Positions 47,478 to 55,168 of a stretch of DNA of 64,000 bases are shown in pieces; positions within the stretch are counted from its first letter, which is position 1, and each line of letters begins with the position of its first letter. Below the pieces are notes generated by a model. It was not told the DNA's origin. It saw nothing but the letters and a program-made list of their open reading frames with translations, and searched no databases. The DNA lies in IMG/VR virus record IMGVR_UViG_3300009181_000064, positions 7,229-71,228 of that record; one strand, written 5' to 3'. The position numbers and the translations under genes were made by a program. This DNA comes from a virus.

Positions 47478-47926
47478 CCGATATTATTTCAGACGATCCA
47501 GTATTTTTTACAGACACAATTATACACAGTAAATTAATTAAAAAGAAAAGTTCTATTTGGGTTACCTTTCGTAAAGAAGGTATTCATAAATATCCCCAAG
47601 CTGCAACTGATCCTAAATTAGCAACAGGCGATTGGCTAGATGTTTCATTCTTAGGAACACCGCATAGACACATTTTTCATTTCCGAGTAGAGATGGAAGT
47701 ATTTCATGATGATCGAGATGTAGAATTTATTCAGGCAAAACGCATTATGGAAAAGTGGTATTCAGATGGCACTTTACATTTAGATTATAAGTCATGCGAA
47801 ATGATGGCATGCGATCTTTATGATAAATGCGCGCAAAAATGGCCTGATAGAGATTATACTATTGAAGTATCAGAAGATGGTGAAAACGGTTGTAGAATTA
47901 GTTTTGAGAGGATAGCAGGTGAGTAA
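47474..47926 (+). CDS. QueD-paralog T-fold protein (DpdL-like, putative CDG decarboxylase)
   Basis: EGIH.YP, LGTPHRHIFHF (LxxxHRHxF), RDVEFI, SCEMMA, IEVSEDGENG: QueD-like His/Glu layout without the QueD CxxxHGH motif. Confidence 0.62.
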   Translation: MTDIISDDPVFFTDTIIHSKLIKKKSSIWVTFRKEGIHKYPQAATDPKLATGDWLDVSFLGTPHRHIFHFRVEMEVFHDDRDVEFIQAKRIMEKWYSDGTLHLDYKSCEMMACDLYDKCAQKWPDRDYTIEVSEDGENGCRISFERIAGE

Positions 47927-49088
47927 ATTATATTATATGGGTTTAGAACCCTATGAAGGTCGTTATACTTTACAATTACAACAATGGAGCGAAGCTGCAT
48001 TTAAACGCAGAGGCATTGATTATGAAGTAATTCATGGCAATATTTTAGATGACTCTAAGGCAATTGTTACAGGTCAAGTACTTGATGCGCATGGGCGTAG
48101 TTATTATTCTCTGACACAAATGGCTAATCTTATTAAGAAGATGAAAGCTGGTGAAATTACTTGGCAAGATACAATCTTTTTTGAAGATATGTTTACTCCC
48201 GGAATTGAGGCATTGCCCTATATTATGGATCAAGTAAGTTTTGAGTATCAACCTCGAATCTTTGTACGTTGTCTTGCACAGACAATTGACCCGGATGATT
48301 TTGTTCATGTATGGGATATGCAAAAGTGGATGGGGTTGTATGAGAAGATGACAGATCAATTTGTTACGGGTGTACTTGCATCTAACGAAGAGATGGTTGC
48401 TCATATGAAAATTGCAGGATGGGAAGCACCAACCTTTAATATCTCTGGGCTTGCATTTGATAAAGATGAAGTTCGTGGTCGTGTAGCAACTCGTATTCCA
48501 TTTAATGAGCGTAAACTTCGTGTAGTATTTGCTGCAAGATTCGATCAAGAAAAACAACCTGATTTCTTTATGGATTTAATTGAAAGATATCATACAATTA
48601 ATCCCAATGTGGAATTTGCTGTTTTATCGGGCGGCCCTTTACGTAGTAATAACGAAAAGTATTTGACTCGCGCACGCGCATTGGAAAAGACTCATAATTT
48701 TAAAATATATGAGAATCTTAAGAAGAATGAATACTATGAATTGCTAGGTGATTCCCGAGTATTGTTTAATTGTGCATTGCAGGATTGGGTAAGTAATACT
48801 GCATCAGAAGCAGATGCACTTGGTACAAATTGTTTGTATCCTGCATATAGATCATTCCCAGAAACATTTGCCAATGATCGTGAATGTCTCTATATCCCAT
48901 GGTCACAAGATGATGCAGTATTTAAATTAAATACATTGTTGTTTCAAGAGCGAGCAAATTTAGGTAAATTGTCTGATTGGACAGCTGGTACTATTGATCG
49001 TTGCTTAGATATTATGTTTGAAGATAATTCTAAATGGTATCGTAGCGGTAAGGATTACAGAGATTATGTTCCAGCAGCCAAGTACTAA
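47919..49088 (+). CDS. GT-B fold glycosyltransferase
   Basis: GTG start; VVFAARFDQEKQPDFF, K.EYY.LL..SRVLFNCALQDWVSNT.SEA..LG...LYPAYRSFPE nucleotide-sugar binding region. Confidence 0.72.
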   Translation: MSKLYYMGLEPYEGRYTLQLQQWSEAAFKRRGIDYEVIHGNILDDSKAIVTGQVLDAHGRSYYSLTQMANLIKKMKAGEITWQDTIFFEDMFTPGIEALPYIMDQVSFEYQPRIFVRCLAQTIDPDDFVHVWDMQKWMGLYEKMTDQFVTGVLASNEEMVAHMKIAGWEAPTFNISGLAFDKDEVRGRVATRIPFNERKLRVVFAARFDQEKQPDFFMDLIERYHTINPNVEFAVLSGGPLRSNNEKYLTRARALEKTHNFKIYENLKKNEYYELLGDSRVLFNCALQDWVSNTASEADALGTNCLYPAYRSFPETFANDRECLYIPWSQDDAVFKLNTLLFQERANLGKLSDWTAGTIDRCLDIMFEDNSKWYRSGKDYRDYVPAAKY

Positions 49089-50088
49089 ATTAGTTGTAGT
49101 CACAGGTTCTGCCGGATATATTGGCGGCCAGACATGCATTGAATTAAAGAAAAAAGGTTATGAAGTTATTGGTATTGATAACAGACATAACGAACATCTT
49201 GATGCATTTCAAGATGAATATCTTCAGTGCGATTTTACAGATATGGAAGCATTTAGTCTGTATAAAAAGGTTTATCCTATAGCAATTATTCATTGTGCAG
49301 GAACAAGTCTTGTTGGTCCTAGTATGAAAAATCCTGGACAATATTTTCATAATAATGTATCTAAAACAAATTTACTTTTAGATTTTGTAGCAAAGCATAT
49401 TCCAAAAACTAAAATTATTTTTAGTAGTAGCGCATCTGTATATGGTGAACCCAGGAACAAAACTCCTTTGAGAGAAAACGATAAAGTTGATCCTATCTCT
49501 CCATACGGCGAATCAAAATTAATGGTTGAACATTTGTTAGAATGGTATCATAGATGCCATAATATAAATTATACAGCATTTAGATATTTTAATGCTTGCG
49601 GCGCGGATGAAGATGGACATCACGGCCAAGAACCCGGTGCAACTCATATCTTTGCTAAACTATTTGAAGCAGTTAAAAACAAAACTGAATTCACTTTAAA
49701 TGGTGCAGACTATAACACACCCGACGGAACTTGTATTAGAGATTATATTCATGTTCAAGATATTGCACTTGCACACATAAAAGCTATTGACAAATCTAAT
49801 CAAGGCATATATAATTTAGGGATGCTTCAGGGCCATTCTAATCTTCAAATTCAGTTATTAGTTGAAAAACTTACTAATACTGAAATTGTTACATTTATTA
49901 ACAGACGACGCGAAGGTGATCCTCCATCGTTAGTTGCTGATAGTACAATGTTTAAACGCATTGCTGGTTGGACACCCAATTATAATATGGATGATATTTT
50001 AGAATCATTAAATAAATGGTACAACTCCCAGACATATGATGCTTTAACAAAACAGCGGTCTTACTCGAACATTCACCCCGCTTTATAA
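49066..50088 (+). CDS. galE: UDP-glucose 4-epimerase
   Basis: TGSAGYIGG, FSSSASVYG, YGESK (YxxxK), RYFNACGA, TPDGTCIRDYIHV.D.A.AH, RREGDPP.LVAD. Confidence 0.9.
   Translation: MFQQPSTKLVVVTGSAGYIGGQTCIELKKKGYEVIGIDNRHNEHLDAFQDEYLQCDFTDMEAFSLYKKVYPIAIIHCAGTSLVGPSMKNPGQYFHNNVSKTNLLLDFVAKHIPKTKIIFSSSASVYGEPRNKTPLRENDKVDPISPYGESKLMVEHLLEWYHRCHNINYTAFRYFNACGADEDGHHGQEPGATHIFAKLFEAVKNKTEFTLNGADYNTPDGTCIRDYIHVQDIALAHIKAIDKSNQGIYNLGMLQGHSNLQIQLLVEKLTNTEIVTFINRRREGDPPSLVADSTMFKRIAGWTPNYNMDDILESLNKWYNSQTYDALTKQRSYSNIHPAL
49787..49815 (+). promoter_or_regulatory. Consensus sigma70 promoter inside galE, facing queD-gp47-gp46
   Basis: TTGACA (49787-49792), 17 nt, TATAAT (49810-49815). Confidence 0.62.
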
Positions 50089-50126
50089 ATTCTGCATGTC
50101 GTCAAACTTACTTAAAGAGGCAAGAG

Positions 50127-50609
50127 ATGGCAAATAAAAAATTCTTCTCAACAAAAACATATAGACAAATAGGTCCCGTAGCTTATAGACAATGGCGTGC
50201 GGATTCTCATTGTAATTTAATTCATGGTTATGCTATGAGTTTTCACTTTGAATTTGAAGCAGATACATTGGATGCCCGTAATTGGGTAACTGATTTCGGT
50301 GGGTTACGACCACTTAAAGACAAGCTAGAAGAATGGTTTGACCACACTCTACTAGTTGCACAAGATGATCCAATGCGCGAACATCTATTGGAATTGGGTA
50401 GATTAAAACTAGCTAAGATTACAGAAGTAGAACGTACAGGATGTGAGGGGTTATCCGACTTCTTATATGAATATATTAACACAATCTTTTTACCTAATTG
50501 CGGTAGCGAAGAAGCTAAGCGAGTTTGGTGCTGCCGAGTAGAAGTTCGCGAGACTGATTCTAATATGGCAGGCCGTTCTGGTCATAGAGAAGACAACGAA
50601 TTTAATTAA
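50127..50609 (+). CDS. queD: 6-carboxy-5,6,7,8-tetrahydropterin synthase QueD
   Basis: RQWRADSHCNLIHGY, NWVTDFGGL..LK..LE.WFDHT.LVA.DDP, GCE, VEVRE...N. Confidence 0.9.
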   Translation: MANKKFFSTKTYRQIGPVAYRQWRADSHCNLIHGYAMSFHFEFEADTLDARNWVTDFGGLRPLKDKLEEWFDHTLLVAQDDPMREHLLELGRLKLAKITEVERTGCEGLSDFLYEYINTIFLPNCGSEEAKRVWCCRVEVRETDSNMAGRSGHREDNEFN

Positions 50610-50612
50610 TAC

Positions 50613-51668
50613 ATGAAACTTTGTTTATTAGGTGATACTCATTTTGGTGTTAGGAATGACTCTAAAGCATTTCACGCATACTATGAGAAATTCTATAGTG
50701 AGGTATTTATGCCTTATTTGTTAGAACACAAGATAGATACTGTAATTCAGTTGGGTGATCTATTTGATCGTAGAAAATATATTAACTTTAATTCTCTTGC
50801 AGAAGCAAGACGGTACTTCTTTGATCCATTAGAAGCAAACGGTATTAAACTTCTAACACTAATCGGCAATCATGATATTTTCTGGAAAGAAAGTCTTGAT
50901 GTTAATTCGCCTGATCTATTATTAAAAGACTACGGTAATATTACAATCTATCAAGAGCCAGGTAAATTTGTATATGATAACATTACCTTTGACATTGTCC
51001 CGTGGATTTGTAAACAAAATGAATCAGATATTGCAACATTTATAGATCAAAGTTCTGCAGATTACTGTATTGGTCATTTTGAGATTGCAGGATTTCAAAT
51101 GATGAAAGGTATCGACAATCATGAAGGCGTTGACCGTAGTTACTTTAAACAATATAAACAAGTAATAAGTGGACATTTTCATACCAAATCATCTGAAGGC
51201 AATATCACATACTTAGGTACTCCTTATGAGTTAACCTGGAATGATGAAAGTGATCCTAAAGGATTCTTTATATTTGACACTGAAACACATGGTATAGAAT
51301 TTATACAAAATCCATATACAATTTTTACTAAGTTCTATTATGACGATGATAAATTTGATTCTGACACAATTGATGTATCTATTTTTGCCAGTCAACACGT
51401 TAAATTAGTTGTTGTTAAAAAGAAAGATTTTGTTAAATTTGAGAAGTTCATAGAACGAATCTATAAACAAGACCCATTAGAATTAAAAATTATTGAAGAC
51501 TTTTCCGAATTTGAATCTGAAGCATTAGATGATTCTATTGATTTAGAAGATACTATGACTCTGTTATCTAATTATGTAGATAGCGTTGAGACTGATGTAG
51601 ATAAAGAAAGACTCAAAACATTGCTAAAAACATTATACGTTGAAGCACAACATTACGAACAAGCATGA
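50613..51668 (+). CDS. gp47: Recombination endonuclease subunit gp47 (Mre11/SbcD-like)
   Basis: GDTHFG, LGDLFDRRK, GNHD, GHFE, SGHFH, YLGTPYE.TW.D....KGF. Confidence 0.95.
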   Translation: MKLCLLGDTHFGVRNDSKAFHAYYEKFYSEVFMPYLLEHKIDTVIQLGDLFDRRKYINFNSLAEARRYFFDPLEANGIKLLTLIGNHDIFWKESLDVNSPDLLLKDYGNITIYQEPGKFVYDNITFDIVPWICKQNESDIATFIDQSSADYCIGHFEIAGFQMMKGIDNHEGVDRSYFKQYKQVISGHFHTKSSEGNITYLGTPYELTWNDESDPKGFFIFDTETHGIEFIQNPYTIFTKFYYDDDKFDSDTIDVSIFASQHVKLVVVKKKDFVKFEKFIERIYKQDPLELKIIEDFSEFESEALDDSIDLEDTMTLLSNYVDSVETDVDKERLKTLLKTLYVEAQHYEQA

Positions 51669-53377
51669 TTAGATTTACAAAGATCAGATGGAAAAACTTT
51701 CTTTCAACCGGCGGCCAATTTACGGAAATTGATTTTGAGAGTTCGCCATCAACTTTAATTGTCGGTGAAAACGGTGCAGGTAAAAGTACTATTCTCGATG
51801 CTATTTGTTTTGTATTGTTTAATAAACCTTTCAGGAATATTAACAAACCGCAATTAATGAATACAATCAATGGTAAAAATCTTATTGTTGAGGTTGAATT
51901 TAGTATTGGCAAGAAAGACTACAAAATTATTCGTGGAATGAAACCGGGTGTATTTGAAATATACTGCGATGGTGACATTCTTAATCAAGATGCAGCCGCA
52001 AAAGACTATCAGAAATATCTTGAAGAAGCAATTTTAAAATTAAATTATAAATCATTTACACAGATTGTTATACTTGGATCTGCTTCATTTACGCCTTTTA
52101 TGCAATTGGCATTGGGTGTTAGACGTGAAATTATTGAAGACATTTTGGATATACAAGTCTTTTCGGTAATGAATTCCGTGTTAAAGGATAAGTCTTCTGA
52201 TTTAAAATCTAGAATAACTGACATTGAAACTGTTATTGAAATAGGTAAAAACAAGGTTAAATTACAACAACAATATATTGCAACACTCGAAAGTGATAAG
52301 CAAAAGAAAGTAGACGATGTACAAAAGCGAATATCTGAAACGAATGCAGAGATATCACAACTTAATGCAGGAATGTTGGAACAGCAAGAAAAAGAAACGG
52401 GTTGTAAATCCTCTATATCTGACGCCGATGAGAAGCGCAACAAGCGTACGGAAATGGGAGCTTTGCTTAGAAAGCTTTCCGAAAGAATTACTACTCAAGA
52501 AACAAGCATACAATTTTACCACGACAATGATGTTTGTCCAACGTGTAGCCAGAATCTTGACGAACATCTCAAAGGATCCGCAATCGAACTTCATACACAT
52601 AAACGTGAAGAAGTCCAATCTGCGATTGAATCCCTTACCTCGCAACTTGAAGGTATTGAAACTAGACTTAATGAGATTGATGCGGTCGAAAAGAAAATCT
52701 CTGAACATAAAAGCAACATCATTACCTACAGTTCAAAAATCATTGCGGCGCAAAATTATATTCAAAAGTTACAAGCGGACCTGGCAGGCAACACTAATGA
52801 TACGGCAAACATTGAGGATGAAACGGGTAAACTTAAAACCCTGGCCAAAGAAGTTGTAGGCGCAGCCGGAGAAAAGAGCAAATTATCGGAAGATAAACAT
52901 TATTTAGATATTGCTGCAATATTATTAAAAGACACAGGTATTAAAACAAAGATCATTAGACAATACTTACCTGTTATAAATAAATTAGTAAACAAGTATT
53001 TAACGGCAATGGATTTCTTTGTTCATTTTGAACTAGATGAATCCTTTAATGAAGTAATTAAATCTAGACACAGAGATGAGTTTAGTTATGCTTCATTTAG
53101 TGAAGGCGAAAAGCAAAGAATTGATTTAGCATTATTGTTTACATGGCGTACTATTGCGAAGATGAAAAACAGTGCAAGTACAAACTTGTTATTGTTAGAT
53201 GAAGTGTTTGATTCTTCATTGGATGCAAACGGTACAGACTATGTTATGAATTTGTTAAATACTATAGGTGACGATACAAATGTATTTGTTATATCGCATA
53301 AAGGCGATCAATTAATAGATAAATTTAAGTCGGTTATTAAATTTCAAAAGTATCAAAATTTTAGTAGAATAGTATGA
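51665..53377 (+). CDS. gp46: Recombination endonuclease subunit gp46 (Rad50/SbcC-like)
   Basis: GENGAGKST, CPTC zinc hook, FSEGEK.RIDLALLF.WR, LLLLDEVFDSSLD, VISHK. Confidence 0.96.
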   Translation: MIRFTKIRWKNFLSTGGQFTEIDFESSPSTLIVGENGAGKSTILDAICFVLFNKPFRNINKPQLMNTINGKNLIVEVEFSIGKKDYKIIRGMKPGVFEIYCDGDILNQDAAAKDYQKYLEEAILKLNYKSFTQIVILGSASFTPFMQLALGVRREIIEDILDIQVFSVMNSVLKDKSSDLKSRITDIETVIEIGKNKVKLQQQYIATLESDKQKKVDDVQKRISETNAEISQLNAGMLEQQEKETGCKSSISDADEKRNKRTEMGALLRKLSERITTQETSIQFYHDNDVCPTCSQNLDEHLKGSAIELHTHKREEVQSAIESLTSQLEGIETRLNEIDAVEKKISEHKSNIITYSSKIIAAQNYIQKLQADLAGNTNDTANIEDETGKLKTLAKEVVGAAGEKSKLSEDKHYLDIAAILLKDTGIKTKIIRQYLPVINKLVNKYLTAMDFFVHFELDESFNEVIKSRHRDEFSYASFSEGEKQRIDLALLFTWRTIAKMKNSASTNLLLLDEVFDSSLDANGTDYVMNLLNTIGDDTNVFVISHKGDQLIDKFKSVIKFQKYQNFSRIV

Positions 53378-53949
53378 TAGTATTAAGAAAAGACAAATTA
53401 GATTTGGTAGAACCATCTGCCAAGATAATGCATACCGCACCGCAACCTTTTAATTTTGAAGCAGATGGTGATAGTGCGCAAAGTGTTACAAATGTTTTAT
53501 TTGAAAGAATGAAACAATTGGGGGGCGTGGGTCTAAGTGCAAATCAAGTAGGGTTAGACATGCGAGTATTTGTAATGGGTTTAGGCGAACTTAAAATTGC
53601 AGTATTCAATCCTATTATAATTAAATATAGTAAAGAAGAAGAAGTATTCAACGAAGGTTGTTTATCTTATCCCGGTATTATGTTGGCTATTAATAGACCA
53701 ACTAAAATTACAGCCACCTATCAAGATGAAACTGGCAAATTTGTTGAACAAGATTTTAATGGATTAACTGCTAGAATATTTCAACATGAATATGACCATA
53801 TGAATGGTACTGATTACACACAGCGAGTATCTAAATTTAAATTGGATTTTGCTAAAAAGAAATTCGAAAATAAGCGTAAAAAGATTATTAAAAAATACGC
53901 AGTAAAAACAATGATAGAGGCATTAAATGACAGTAAAGATTCCAACTGA
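53374..53949 (+). CDS. def: Peptide deformylase
   Basis: All three PDF motifs: GVGLSANQVG, EGCLS, QHEYDH. Confidence 0.93.
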   Translation: MIVLRKDKLDLVEPSAKIMHTAPQPFNFEADGDSAQSVTNVLFERMKQLGGVGLSANQVGLDMRVFVMGLGELKIAVFNPIIIKYSKEEEVFNEGCLSYPGIMLAINRPTKITATYQDETGKFVEQDFNGLTARIFQHEYDHMNGTDYTQRVSKFKLDFAKKKFENKRKKIIKKYAVKTMIEALNDSKDSN

Positions 53950-54334
53950 ATATAATGATACATTTGATTTTGGTTTTACAGCAGTAGAATCAGAAGAATC
54001 TATAGTTGAAAAACCGGTAGTTAATACCGCACCAATGATAGATGGATTATCCGCGGTTGAAGATAAAGTATCTATTATATTAAATAAAATCGATTATCTA
54101 GAAGAGATAATTAAAGCTGGTGGTGGAATTAATAATTTTGATATTGATACATATAAATCATTAGTTGAAAAAGATGTTAATGATAAATTAAAAAAGGTTG
54201 AAGCATTAATAATGCCATTGTTAGCTAATTTATTAAAAAATCCAGATAAAGATTTTATTAAATGGCCTAATAGAAAACCAATTATTGAAGCACAAATATC
54301 CAAAATATTGGCTATAACTAGACCATCTGAATAA
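53927..54334 (+). CDS. Hypothetical protein
   Basis: 135 aa; FDFGFTAV...PLL.NL.KNP.K..I.WPNR motif seen in T4-like phages. Confidence 0.6.
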   Translation: MTVKIPTEYNDTFDFGFTAVESEESIVEKPVVNTAPMIDGLSAVEDKVSIILNKIDYLEEIIKAGGGINNFDIDTYKSLVEKDVNDKLKKVEALIMPLLANLLKNPDKDFIKWPNRKPIIEAQISKILAITRPSE

Positions 54335-54338
54335 TATA

Positions 54339-55106
54339 ATGTTTTTATTTAAAAGGAAAAAAGTAGTATTAGACTGTTTCACATCTGATTCATTTGCGTA
54401 TGAATATACACCAATATCTCGTGCAATAGATTTTTATCCAGAATGGTGGAATAATATAGATAATACGTATACTATAAATAGTACTAATGTATCTACAATG
54501 AAACATTGTAGAGGATTTATTGATCTATATAAAGATTCAATTATTATACCGTTTTGGGGAAAATTAAAAATTGATGTTTCTAATAATATTAAAAAACAAA
54601 TAAACTGGGAATCTAATTATGATATTTATACTAAACAACCAATACTGATACATAATGAATTAGAATATAAAGGTTTTACTGATAATTCTTATCAGCATAT
54701 GAAAATTATTAGTCCGTGGAGATGTAGAACAAATAAATATGTAAAATTTATATTAACAGATCCTCTTTATAATAGAACGGACTTAACTGAATATAATGTT
54801 TTACCCGGTGTCTTAGATTTTAAGTATCAAAACTCTACTAATATTAATATAATGACTGAATATAAAAATGTTGATAGAGTTATTAGATTTGATCCATTAA
54901 ATCCTGTGGCAATATTAACACCAATTACTGAAGAAACTATTGTAATTAAAACACATTTAATTAGTTCTACTGAATTTGAAAATTTTGGGTTATCTAGATT
55001 AATTTCAAACTTTGATAATTTGAAGAAGTATTCAAAAACTAAATTATTTTTAAATGAGCATGATAATCGAACCAAATCAAGATGTCCGTTTGGTTTTGGA
55101 AAATAG
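54339..55106 (+). CDS. Hypothetical protein, very AT-rich
   Basis: 255 aa; PEWW, TMKHC.GF, KIISPW, LPGVLDF, ends RCPFGFGK. Confidence 0.55.
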   Translation: MFLFKRKKVVLDCFTSDSFAYEYTPISRAIDFYPEWWNNIDNTYTINSTNVSTMKHCRGFIDLYKDSIIIPFWGKLKIDVSNNIKKQINWESNYDIYTKQPILIHNELEYKGFTDNSYQHMKIISPWRCRTNKYVKFILTDPLYNRTDLTEYNVLPGVLDFKYQNSTNINIMTEYKNVDRVIRFDPLNPVAILTPITEETIVIKTHLISSTEFENFGLSRLISNFDNLKKYSKTKLFLNEHDNRTKSRCPFGFGK

Positions 55107-55118
55107 GCAAAAAAGTGC

Positions 55119-55147
55119 TTGACCTTTGTTCCTAAAGGTGTTATAAT
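55119..55147 (+). promoter_or_regulatory. Sigma70 (early) promoter
   Basis: TTGACC, 17 nt, TATAAT with extended TG and an upstream A-tract, intergenic before the VWA gene. Confidence 0.8.
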
Positions 55148-55168
55148 ATAGCATCAGCAAGGAAATTT

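Noticed and set aside
42331-50609. Reading folE/queD/queE/TGT as a plain tRNA queuosine or folate auxiliary pathway
   Set aside because: No queC, queF or queA is in the window, the transglycosylase lacks the tRNA-TGT zinc motif, and the cluster sits among DNA metabolism genes. DNA modification fits better, although it is unproven.
27099-53377. Introns, inteins or homing endonucleases in gp17, gp20, gp23, uvsW or gp46
   Set aside because: All are continuous and of normal length, and I saw no HNH, GIY-YIG, LAGLIDADG or intein motifs.
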